This document shows, in pieces, positions 27,500 to 36,304 of a stretch of DNA of 38,897 nt (the stretch's first letter is position 1; every line of letters starts with the position of its first letter). The notes beneath the pieces are model-generated. The model did no database searches and had not been told where the DNA came from. It was given only the letters and a program-made list of their open reading frames with translations. Made by a program: the position numbers and the translations under genes. The DNA comes from Actinomycetota bacterium (lineage in GTDB: Bacteria > Actinomycetota > Actinomycetes > JAKEEW01). Location of the stretch: positions 1 through 38,897 of the forward strand of contig JBKOZJ010000025.1 of the NCBI GenBank assembly GCA_046725875.1. Direction: 5' to 3'.

Positions 27500-28679
27500 G
27501 TACCCTCCCGGTGGTCGCGAAGCGCGCCGGGTCGAACGGTGCGAGCTCGATGCTTGCGGCGTCGCCGGCAAGCAGCTCGGCTACCAGCTGACCGGTCGCG
27601 GGACCCAGGCTGATCCCGGCTCCCTCGTGTCCGTGGGCGTGGACGAGCCCGGGCACCTCCGGGTCGAGACCCACGAGCGGAAGGTGGTCGGCCGAATATG
27701 GTCGGAAGCCGCGGTAGGCGCGGATCACATTCACCTCGCCCAGGACCGGAAAGAGCCGGACCGCGCCGGCAGAAAGCCGGCGCAGCGCAGCGAGCTCGAT
27801 GCTGCGGTCGAAACCAGCCAGCTCGCGCGTCGCGCCGATGAGGATCGTCCCCGCCGGGGTGCTCTCCACGACGGCGGACGTCTGCAGCCCGGCGGCACCG
27901 CTGACCACCCCGTCCATATAAGCGGCGGTATAGACCTTGTGCCGCACGAGTGGCCCAACCGGCTCGGTCACGAGAATGTAGCCGCGGCGCGGTGAGACCG
28001 GCAGCGACTCGCCGAGCATGTTGGACACCTCGCCGGCCCAGGCGCCGGCCGCGTTCACCACGTGCCGGGCGGCGATGCGCCGCCGCGCCGTGGACACACC
28101 CGAGACGCCACCGCCGGCGGAGCGCTCGATGTCGAGAACAGCTTCCCGGAGGGACACCTCCGCGCCGGCGGTCCGGGCCGCCTCAAGAATCACCGCGACC
28201 GCCTTCGCCGGCTGCACCTGAAGATCCTGTGAGTAGTAGACGCCGCCGGCGAGGTTAGGGGTGATGTACGGCTCCAGGTCGGGAAGATCCGCTGCTGGAA
28301 TCCGTACCACTTCCACGCCGGCCCGGGCCTGCGCGTCGGCCAACTCGAGCAGCCCCCGCAGGGCCTCGTCGGAATCGGCGACGACCAACCCGCCCTTCTG
28401 CTCGAGCTCGAAATCCCCGAACTCGCCAGACAGCTCCGCCGCTAGTTCCCGCCACAGCCGGTTGCTTAGGAGAGCAAGGTCCAGCTCGGGACCGGGCGAC
28501 TTGTCGGATACGAGGACATTGCCCTCGCCGGAACCGGTCGTCCCCGCGAGCAAACCGGCGCGGTCGAGCACCACGACCGACATGCCGCGCCGGGCACAGG
28601 CGAGGCCACACGACGCGCCGACGATTCCCGCCCCGATGATCGCCACGTCGTATATTCGGCGGCCCTCGATCTCACCCAC
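27483..28679 (-). CDS. FAD-dependent oxidoreductase, DAO family (likely catalytic subunit of D-hydroxyproline dehydrogenase)
   Basis: IIGAGIVG, GTTGSGEGN, VNAAGAW, GFRPYSADHLP and GHEGAGISL. Confidence 0.9.
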   Translation of the reverse strand: MGEIEGRRIYDVAIIGAGIVGASCGLACARRGMSVVVLDRAGLLAGTTGSGEGNVLVSDKSPGPELDLALLSNRLWRELAAELSGEFGDFELEQKGGLVVADSDEALRGLLELADAQARAGVEVVRIPAADLPDLEPYITPNLAGGVYYSQDLQVQPAKAVAVILEAARTAGAEVSLREAVLDIERSAGGGVSGVSTARRRIAARHVVNAAGAWAGEVSNMLGESLPVSPRRGYILVTEPVGPLVRHKVYTAAYMDGVVSGAAGLQTSAVVESTPAGTILIGATRELAGFDRSIELAALRRLSAGAVRLFPVLGEVNVIRAYRGFRPYSADHLPLVGLDPEVPGLVHAHGHEGAGISLGPATGQLVAELLAGDAASIELAPFDPARFATTGRVHGEPA

Positions 28680-28867
28680 CCACCCATCATCTCGTGCGGC
28701 TGCGTTCCGATCTCCTTAATCCCGGATCACGACCGGTCCCAGTCCGGAGCCGCCGGCCCTGGCCATCGCCGCGCGGGGAGCTGTTCGAGTCGCCGCTGTA
28801 TCGTCGGACCGAGCTGCCGCGCAATGCAGTGGATGCCCAGCGGGCATCTGCGAAGGGACCGACCGCA

Positions 28868-30421
28868 ATGACGCAGGTGCAGAGTTACGACCCGCGGACG
28901 GGGACGTTCCAGGACGCCGGTTTCCGGGAGACGCCGCCGGATGAGGCGGCGCGGCTCGCTGCCGCCGCTGCCGGCGCCGTAGACCAGCTCGCCGACCTCG
29001 CCGGCTACCCGCTCGAGTGGCGGTGCGTGACGCTGAAGGCCATGGCGGACCGGATCGACGCGGCCGCCGGGGAGCTCGCGAGGGTGGCTGATGAGGAGAC
29101 CGGCCTCGGTGCCGACCGGCTGTCCGGCGAGATCGTGCGAACCACCAACCAGCTCAGGCTCTTCGCCGCTGCGCTGGAGGAGGGCTCTTTCCTCGAGATC
29201 TGCATCGACCACCCGGACCCAGACGCACGACCGGCGCCGCGGCCGGACCTGCGGCGGATGCTGAACCCAATCGGCCCGGTTGGCGTCTTCTCGGCGGGCA
29301 ACTTTCCCTTCGCGTTCTCCGTGGCCGGCGGCGACACCGCGGCGGCGCTTGCGGCCGGCTGCCCGGTCATCGTGAAGGCGCACCATGGGCATCCACGAAC
29401 CAGTACGCGAACCGCTGAGATCGTCGCCGCCGCGCTAGCCGACGCCGGCGCGCCGGCCGGGACGTTCGCCGTCGTTTACGGCCTCGACGCGGGCCGCCGG
29501 CTCGTGACCGACCCCAACGTCAAGGCGGTAGCCTTCACGGGCTCGCTGCGCGGCGGGCGAGCCCTCTTTGACCTGGCCGTGTCCCGGCCTGATCCAATCC
29601 CGTTCTACGGCGAGCTCGGCAGTCTCAATCCAGTGGTTGTTACCCAGGCAGCGCTAAACGCCCGTGGTGCGGAAATCGTGGCCGGCTTCGTCGGGTCTTT
29701 CACGCTCGGAGGCGGGCAATTTTGTACGAAGCCCGGGGTGCTCTTCCTACCCACTGGGCACGGCCTGACGGACGCGCTTGCGGCGGCGATCGGCGCGATC
29801 GCGCCAACCCCGATGCTGACTCCCCGGATCAGGGAGGGCTTCCTTGATGCAGTAGGCCGCCTCGGCGCAGATCCGGACGTACGGGTGCTCGCCGGCGCAG
29901 TTCCCGCTGACGGGACCGATGTCGATCCGGCCCTTGCGCCGCCGCCCCGCCTCTACATCACAACGGCCACCGCCGTGGCGGCAAGCCCGGCATTGCTTGA
30001 TGAGTGTTTCGGCCCGTCGTCCCTGCTTGTCGAGTACGACGACGAGGACGAGCTGTTCGCCGCGCTGGACGCCGTCCGTGGCTCCCTCGCCGTCGGCGTC
30101 CATGCCGAGCCGGAGGACGAGAAGCTCGCCGCCGCACTGCTCGCCAGGGCACGCCGGCTGGCTGGGCGGGTCGTCTGGAACGGCTGGCCCACAGGTGTTG
30201 CGGTGACCTGGTCGATGCACCATGGCGGTCCGTGGCCGGCGACGACCAACCCGCTGCATACATCGGTCGGAGTGACCTCCATGAGGCGGTTTCTGGTGCC
30301 GGTGGTCTACCAGAACACGCCGGAGGCGCTCTTGCCCGCGCCGCTGCGCGCGAGCAATCCACTCGGCCTACCCCGCCGGGTCGACGGCGTACTCGAACTC
30401 ACCTCGGGCGGGAGTCGGTGA
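28868..30421 (+). CDS. Aldehyde dehydrogenase, alpha-ketoglutaric semialdehyde dehydrogenase type (NADP+)
   Basis: NFPFAFSVAGGDTA, FTGS..GG, ELGSLNP, GQFCTKPG, ECFGP and NGWPTGV. Confidence 0.92.
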   Translation: MTQVQSYDPRTGTFQDAGFRETPPDEAARLAAAAAGAVDQLADLAGYPLEWRCVTLKAMADRIDAAAGELARVADEETGLGADRLSGEIVRTTNQLRLFAAALEEGSFLEICIDHPDPDARPAPRPDLRRMLNPIGPVGVFSAGNFPFAFSVAGGDTAAALAAGCPVIVKAHHGHPRTSTRTAEIVAAALADAGAPAGTFAVVYGLDAGRRLVTDPNVKAVAFTGSLRGGRALFDLAVSRPDPIPFYGELGSLNPVVVTQAALNARGAEIVAGFVGSFTLGGGQFCTKPGVLFLPTGHGLTDALAAAIGAIAPTPMLTPRIREGFLDAVGRLGADPDVRVLAGAVPADGTDVDPALAPPPRLYITTATAVAASPALLDECFGPSSLLVEYDDEDELFAALDAVRGSLAVGVHAEPEDEKLAAALLARARRLAGRVVWNGWPTGVAVTWSMHHGGPWPATTNPLHTSVGVTSMRRFLVPVVYQNTPEALLPAPLRASNPLGLPRRVDGVLELTSGGSR

Positions 30422-31160
30422 GCACGGCATACACGACCACGTTGTTCTCCCATGTGCGCTGGTGATCGTCAAAAGGTGCGCCGCAGGTGACGAGGCGCAG
30501 CGTGGGGTAGTCGAGGTCGGCAAAGATCCGCTCGTAGGGGAGCTCGTCCTTGGGGTACGAGGCACCACCGGTAACCGTGAAGACAGCACGAGACCCGTCG
30601 GCCCTGGTCACGCTCAGCGTGCTACCCGGCTCGAGCTTGCCGATCCGGTAAAACACTGCGGGGCCGACGCCCTCCGCATCGACGTGGCCGAGGACGACCG
30701 CGGCTCCCGGTTCACCGGGGGTTGGTCCAAGCGTGTACCAGCCGACCGACATGGCCCGGTCTATGGGCGGCGCCGCAAGTGAGCCGTCGGCTGCCAGGGA
30801 CACCCTGACGACATCGGCGTGGACGTCGATAGCGGGGATGTCGAGGCGAAGTGGCGGCGACCGGCCCAGTTCATGCGCCCGGGCCCGCTCCACCTGCTCG
30901 GCGGAGTCCAGGGGCGCCGGGCCAGCCGAGGTCGGGGGCCGAGGGGGCAACGATCCCTGGTCCAAGCCGAAGGCAATCAGGCCTGCTCCAGCCGCAGCGG
31001 CCAGGCCAATCGCGGTCAGCTGCGCCAGCCCGATGAGCGCGGGACGGCGCGCGACATGCTCGGTCGACTGTGCCTTCGTCACCGCTCGAGCCGTCGGAGG
31101 CATCTGCTCTCTCGGGGTCGGGCCCCCGGTCGGCGAAGAATTGCCGGAATCGACGGACAT
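30399..31160 (-). CDS. Class F sortase
   Basis: N-terminal TM, L.IPAI.V, VGWY..GP.PG..G..V..GHVD, LRLVTCG and Asn in NNVVVYA. Confidence 0.92.
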   Translation of the reverse strand: MSVDSGNSSPTGGPTPREQMPPTARAVTKAQSTEHVARRPALIGLAQLTAIGLAAAAGAGLIAFGLDQGSLPPRPPTSAGPAPLDSAEQVERARAHELGRSPPLRLDIPAIDVHADVVRVSLAADGSLAAPPIDRAMSVGWYTLGPTPGEPGAAVVLGHVDAEGVGPAVFYRIGKLEPGSTLSVTRADGSRAVFTVTGGASYPKDELPYERIFADLDYPTLRLVTCGAPFDDHQRTWENNVVVYAVLTDSRPR

Positions 31161-31188
31161 ATCGCTGAAAGATCCCGATGATGGGCGG

Positions 31189-31677
31189 CTATGAACCCGA
31201 GCGTGTCCTGCGTCGCCGGCCGAAAGCGCCGAGGCCGACGGCGGCAGCGGTCAAAAGTGCGGCACCGGCAGCGGTGAGGACAGTGCTCCGGCCGCGCAAC
31301 GAGGCGCCGTCACCGGTCTGCGAGCCGGTGTTGTTCACCACTGTAAGGTCAGCCTTTCCAAAGTCACCGTTCGCGCAGAACACGTCGACGACATACGTGC
31401 CAGGTTGGGCGTTTGCGTCGACTCTGACCGTCCCCTCGACCATCGTCGAGTTCTCGGGCTTCCGCAAGGTCTGATCATCGAAAACGAGCGCCGCGGCCGT
31501 CGCCTCCGAGGTCGCACACTCGGCGGTGATGCGCACCTCCTCCCCGGGTGACGCGGTGCGGGGTGAGAGCGTCATGCTGACCTCCTTGCCCTGCTGCTCC
31601 TGCGCATAGGCGACGTTCGCCGGCGCTGCCAGCGTGAGCACGGTGAGCAAGCCACCGATGGCCGTACCAGCTCTCAT
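31189..31677 (-). CDS. Secreted Ig-like protein with a C-terminal sorting signal; putative class F sortase substrate
   Basis: Signal peptide (..ANVAYA), 'SP.TASPG..V.I...C' and 'PGTY.V...C' beta domain, then GSQTGDG, a TM helix and RRRR. Confidence 0.8.
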   Translation of the reverse strand: MRAGTAIGGLLTVLTLAAPANVAYAQEQQGKEVSMTLSPRTASPGEEVRITAECATSEATAAALVFDDQTLRKPENSTMVEGTVRVDANAQPGTYVVDVFCANGDFGKADLTVVNNTGSQTGDGASLRGRSTVLTAAGAALLTAAAVGLGAFGRRRRTRSGS

Positions 31678-31824
31678 GGCTATCTCCCGCCGAAGTCGGA
31701 GTCGACCCGCCTCACTCACGCTAATGGACTACCCGCATCAATCGTTGGCAGTGCTCATGACCTTCTCCGCATGTCCTAACTTGCCGCCCTAGTGTCGCAG
31801 CAGGCAATCTGCCCGAGCATGCGC

Positions 31825-32583
31825 TCAGCGGACAGGCGTGCGAGTCGCCGTGCGGCCGGCGGCCTGGGCCAATGATGCAAAGGCGGCAGCGTCATAGACC
31901 GCGGCACCGCCGGGGTCGTTGTTGAAGTACACATAGACGTCGGCCTTATCGGACCAGGCCTCGGCGAGCCGTCCCACCCAGGTCCGCAGCGCCTGCCGGC
32001 CGTAATGCGGCCACGGTGTCGCGGCCCCCTGATGCAACCGCAGATAACCCCAATCGGTTGTCCGCCACAGCGGGGTTCGGGGCCGGCTCATGACATCGGC
32101 CCAGCAGAGCGCGGCCCCGCGCGCGGACAGGAGCTTCTCGATCTCGTCGGTCCACCACGAGTCATGCCGTGGCTCGACGGCAACCCGCACCGAACGCGGG
32201 AACTGCTGCAGGCAATCGTCGAGCAGCTGAGCATCCGCGGACATGGTCGGGGGCAGCTGGATCAGGATCGGACCGAGCCGGTCGCCGAGCCCCCCGGCCG
32301 CCCCGAGTAGCCGGCGCACCGGCTCCTCCGGATCACGCAGCCGCTTCATGTGGGTCAGGTAGCGGCTGGCTTTGACCGCCATCACGAAGTCAACCGGGAC
32401 TCGGGATTGCCAATCCTCGAAGGTCTTCCGCGCCGGCAGCCGGTAGAACGCATTGTTGTTCTCGACCGTGGCGAACGATGCGGCGTAGTACTCCAGCCAG
32501 CGCCGCTGCGGAAGTTCCTCCGGATACAGCCCGCCGCGCCACGACGAGTACTGCCACCCCGACGTCCCGACGTACAGGGGCAT
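31825..32583 (-). CDS. DUF72 domain protein
   Basis: YVGTSGWQY, VENNNAFYRLP, KASRYLTH, ILIQLPP, AVEPRH.SW, YLRLH and YVYFNND. Confidence 0.93.
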   Translation of the reverse strand: MPLYVGTSGWQYSSWRGGLYPEELPQRRWLEYYAASFATVENNNAFYRLPARKTFEDWQSRVPVDFVMAVKASRYLTHMKRLRDPEEPVRRLLGAAGGLGDRLGPILIQLPPTMSADAQLLDDCLQQFPRSVRVAVEPRHDSWWTDEIEKLLSARGAALCWADVMSRPRTPLWRTTDWGYLRLHQGAATPWPHYGRQALRTWVGRLAEAWSDKADVYVYFNNDPGGAAVYDAAAFASLAQAAGRTATRTPVR

Positions 32584-32737
32584 ATGCAGATGGTCGCACT
32601 CTCCCGGGACTCCGATTGAGGGCGCGCCCCTATGCCGTCTGCCCTCTTGCGCTCCACTGGCGCCGGTGGTCGTATGACGCGAAGGCGAGGTCGTTCGGTG
32701 GCCGGGTTCTGGGCCGCCCGTTTCCGCTGGAGGACGC

Positions 32738-35700
32738 ATGCGACACCTCACCCGATTGGGCTGCCTGGCGGGCAGCGGAGCCCTGGCGCTTGCCACCGCA
32801 TTAGTCCCGGCCGCTTATTCCCAGCCCGTGGCGGCGCAGGTGACCGCGGGCCCCCCCGGCCTGCTCAGCCACTTCGACCTGGCGCGGAAGGACTGTGTGG
32901 GCACGGCGCAGAACCGCACGTCCCGGGTCTGGTACACGGTGGCAAACGGCGTCCTCTCCGACGTGTACGAGCCGACGATCGACACGACCAACATCGAGAC
33001 GATGCAGTTCGTTGTTACGGACGGCGAAACCTTCACCGATCTCCAAAGCCGCGACACGACCTACACGGTCAGAGCCGACGCCACGGGCATGGTGTGTACG
33101 GTGACGAGCACGGCGAAGAGCGGCCGCTACCGGCTAACGACTACCTACCTGACCGATCCGCGCCGAGACAGTGTCCTCGTCCATGCGAAGCTCACCACCC
33201 TGAGGCCCGGCGACCTGAAGCTGTATGTCCGGGCGGACCCGACGATCGGCGGCAACGGTGGCGGCGGCACCGCCCCTGGCCAGAACTCGGGGGCGGACAA
33301 CGCGACGATCGACGCGGGCACAGGAGCGCTCGTGTCGTACGACACGAACACCACGACCCTGGCCGTGAACCGGGACTATGCAGTGCCGACCTATCTGGCG
33401 GTCCGGGCCGACCGTCCATTCCTTGAAGCGACCAGTGGCTACGCCGGCAGCGAGAGCGACGGGCTGGTCCAGCTGGATCAAAACCGCGCCCTGACCACGA
33501 TCACCTCGGAAGCATCGAACGGCAACGTCGTACAGACGGCCCGGCTCGACATCGGCGGCACAGGCGAGGCCAGCCTCGTTCTGGGCTTCGGCCGCGACCA
33601 AGCTGGCGCCGTCGCGACCGCCGGGGCGACCCTCGGCCGAACGTTGGTCGATGTGCGTAGGGACTACGTGCGCGGCTGGCAGGCCTACGACCGCGGCCTG
33701 GGCACACCGCCGACCGAGCTGTCCGGCCTGTCCACGGAGCGGGTGCGGCAGCTCCAGGAGCTGTACTACCTCGGCGCGAATGTCGTCAAGGCCAGCGAGG
33801 ACAAGCAGTTCCCCGGCGCAATCGTGGCCAGCCTCGCCTCGCCGTGGGGACAGGCGATCTCGGCCGGCACCTCCTCCGGCGGGCAGGCGCCCTACTTCGG
33901 GTCCTACCGCGAGGTGTTCTCGCGCGACCTCTACGAGGCCTTCACCGGCCTGCTTATGGCGGGTGATCTGGCGACTGCCCGGGACGCCGTGCGATTCCTC
34001 TTCGAGCGGCAGCAGCTCGCCGACGGTCGCTTCCCGCGTAACTCGCTGATCAACGGCAAGCTGGCACCGGACACCGGCGGCGACCAGCTCGACGAGACCG
34101 CGTACCCGATCCTCATGGCCTGGCAGGCCGGTCTAGGCGGCGATGCGGCGCTCTATGGCGACCACATTCGGAAGGCGGCCGACTTCCTCGTCGCCCGTGG
34201 TCCGTCCTTCGGCTCCGAACGGTGGGAGGAGCAGAGCGGCTACTCGCCCTCGACCATCGCCGCGGAGATCGCCGGGCTGATCGCGGCCGCGCAGATCGCG
34301 GATTTGCACGGTGATCAGGACCGCGCGCGCGTCTACCGTGCCGTTGCCGACCACTTCCAGCGCAGCATCAAGGACTGGACCGTCACCGAGTCCGGGCCGT
34401 ACACAACCCAGCCGTACTTCATCCGGCTCTCGAAGACCGGAGACCCGAATGCGGCGATCTCCTACGGACTCGGCAACGGCGGTCCAACGGTCGACCAGCG
34501 TGCGGTCGTCGACGCCGGCTTCCTGGAGCTGACCCGGCTCGGCATCCTGCCCCCGGACGACCCGGACGCCGCCCGTACGCTGCCGATCGTCGACGACGTC
34601 ATCTCGAGAGAGACGCCGAGCGGGCGCAGCTTCTACCGCTACGGAGCAGCGATTGACCCGGTGACGACGGCGGGTACCGAGGACGGCTACGGCGACTGCT
34701 ACGAACCGGACCCCACCACCTGCGACCCCAGCGGAAAGCCCTGGCCGGGCCCGAATGCGAGCAACGGACAGGTGAACCAGGGTTCTGGCCACCTGTGGCC
34801 GGTGCTGTCCGGCGAACGTGCCGAGCAGGCTCTGCAGACCGGCGACCGGGCCGCCGCGGCGCGGCTGCTCGACGCCATGGCCGGCTACTCCGCTGGCATC
34901 GGCCTCGTGCCCGAGCAGGCATGGGAGAACCGAGACCTGCCCGCGTCGCCGTTCGAAAGCCCGCCGGAGACGGCATCGATCGGCTTCCGCACGGGTGAAG
35001 CGGCAGGCTCTGCTGCCCCACTTACGTGGGCGCAGGCGCAGGCCGTTCGGCTGACGCTAGCGCTCGGCCCCGGCCGTCTACTGGAGCAGCCAGCGATCGT
35101 CCGAGCGCGCTACGTCGACGCGCCACCACCGGCGGCTGCACCGCTCACCGTGACCGCGCCGGCTAATGGGAGCGAGGCGACCGATCCGACCACCACCGTG
35201 ACCGGGACGACGGTGCCGGGAGCCCTGGTTACGGTCGCGGCGAGCAACCTGGACACCGGCGCGACCTCGGTTTCCTCGGCAACCGCCGACGGATCCGGCG
35301 CGTTCGCGGTCCAGGTGGAACTGGACAACGGCGTCACCACCTTGACCACCACGGTCACCGCCGGTGACGCCACCGGATACGACCAGCGCTCGGTCTTCCG
35401 CGACGTTGTGAGCGGCACGCTCCTGCTGGATGTGGAAGATCCAATGGGCGATGACAACGGGCCCGGCAACTTCGCGTACCCCACCTCGGCTGACTTCAAG
35501 GCCGGCGCATTCGATCTCGAGCGGTTCCAGGTCTTTGATAGCGGCGCCGAGATCGTGCTGCGGGCGCGGGTGCGAAACCTGGACGCGACCTTCGGCGTGA
35601 CGAACGGTGCCCAGCTCCTTGACGTGTATGTCCGGGAACCCGGGGCGAGCCCGACCTCAACCGCGGCGGCGTTCCCGCAGCGCAACTACACCATGTCGGA

Positions 35701-36118
35701 CGGCTCCGCATGGACCCAGCGGGTCGAGGTGCAGGGCTTTGCTCCGGTTGTGTGGGTACGGGCGGACGGCAGTGACGTGCCCGGAGCGACCTTCGTGGCG
35801 AACTCGCTGTCGAGGTACATCACCGTCCGGTTGCCGAAGGCGCAGTTCGGGACGCCGAGCACGGGTTGGATCTTCACGGTGGTTCTGCACGGCCAGGACG
35901 GGTTCAGCCCGGATCAGGCGCGCGGGTTCGCTCCGACGCCGCAGCCGTTCCTCTTCGGCGTCTGCGCGGCACCGAACCCAGCGGACCCACGCTGCCTGGT
36001 TGACCCGAGCGTCGAGCCGAAGGCGATCGACGTCATCACGCCGCCGGATGTGAGCCAGTCGACCGAGCTCGACGTTACCGGTGGCCCCGTCGTCCTCACG
36101 GGAGTCCCCGTGCCATAG
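32738..36118 (+). CDS. Secreted GH15 glucoamylase/glucodextranase (N domain, GH15, Ig-like, DOMON-like C domain)
   Basis: Signal peptide, SRVWYTVANG, IVASLASPWG, RDLYE, QLDETAYP, ERWEE (acid), PEQAW (base) and DPMGDDNGPG..YP. GGAGG SD. Confidence 0.92.
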   Translation: MRHLTRLGCLAGSGALALATALVPAAYSQPVAAQVTAGPPGLLSHFDLARKDCVGTAQNRTSRVWYTVANGVLSDVYEPTIDTTNIETMQFVVTDGETFTDLQSRDTTYTVRADATGMVCTVTSTAKSGRYRLTTTYLTDPRRDSVLVHAKLTTLRPGDLKLYVRADPTIGGNGGGGTAPGQNSGADNATIDAGTGALVSYDTNTTTLAVNRDYAVPTYLAVRADRPFLEATSGYAGSESDGLVQLDQNRALTTITSEASNGNVVQTARLDIGGTGEASLVLGFGRDQAGAVATAGATLGRTLVDVRRDYVRGWQAYDRGLGTPPTELSGLSTERVRQLQELYYLGANVVKASEDKQFPGAIVASLASPWGQAISAGTSSGGQAPYFGSYREVFSRDLYEAFTGLLMAGDLATARDAVRFLFERQQLADGRFPRNSLINGKLAPDTGGDQLDETAYPILMAWQAGLGGDAALYGDHIRKAADFLVARGPSFGSERWEEQSGYSPSTIAAEIAGLIAAAQIADLHGDQDRARVYRAVADHFQRSIKDWTVTESGPYTTQPYFIRLSKTGDPNAAISYGLGNGGPTVDQRAVVDAGFLELTRLGILPPDDPDAARTLPIVDDVISRETPSGRSFYRYGAAIDPVTTAGTEDGYGDCYEPDPTTCDPSGKPWPGPNASNGQVNQGSGHLWPVLSGERAEQALQTGDRAAAARLLDAMAGYSAGIGLVPEQAWENRDLPASPFESPPETASIGFRTGEAAGSAAPLTWAQAQAVRLTLALGPGRLLEQPAIVRARYVDAPPPAAAPLTVTAPANGSEATDPTTTVTGTTVPGALVTVAASNLDTGATSVSSATADGSGAFAVQVELDNGVTTLTTTVTAGDATGYDQRSVFRDVVSGTLLLDVEDPMGDDNGPGNFAYPTSADFKAGAFDLERFQVFDSGAEIVLRARVRNLDATFGVTNGAQLLDVYVREPGASPTSTAAAFPQRNYTMSDGSAWTQRVEVQGFAPVVWVRADGSDVPGATFVANSLSRYITVRLPKAQFGTPSTGWIFTVVLHGQDGFSPDQARGFAPTPQPFLFGVCAAPNPADPRCLVDPSVEPKAIDVITPPDVSQSTELDVTGGPVVLTGVPVP

Positions 36119-36137
36119 CTCCCACCGTCGTCCGTCG

Positions 36138-36231
36138 GCGCTTTGATCCGCCAAGCTACTGGAGGCCGTACCTGGCGACGGGAGTACGGGACGGCAGGCT
36201 TGGGTTTCGTTAGCTTGGCGGATCGATGCGC
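36138..36231. repeat. Long inverted-repeat element (MITE/REP-like hairpin)
   Basis: Perfect 14-bp IR GATCCGCCAAGCTA (36145-36158) / TAGCTTGGCGGATC (36211-36224), extendable to 19/21 bp. Inner stem CCGTAC/GTACGG. Confidence 0.8.
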
Positions 36232-36304
36232 AAAGTGGGTGGGCCGGACAACCGGAGCGAACCGAAGGCGCGTCTTAGATGCAGCGGGGTCGACACGGAT
36301 CCCC

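Noticed and set aside
25640..28679. Hydrogen cyanide synthase hcnABC
   Set aside because: Same protein families, but the flanking proline-racemase, DapA-like and KGSA dehydrogenase genes point to hydroxyproline catabolism.
30399..30421. 23-bp convergent overlap of the ALDH and sortase 3' ends
   Set aside because: Short convergent overlaps are common in GC-rich genomes, and nothing suggests a function.
32612..32636. Possible fifth copy of the palindromic repeat (CCGATTGAGGGCGCGCCCCTATGCC)
   Set aside because: It resembles copy D but palindrome length and flanks deviate. It needs a profile search to be counted.
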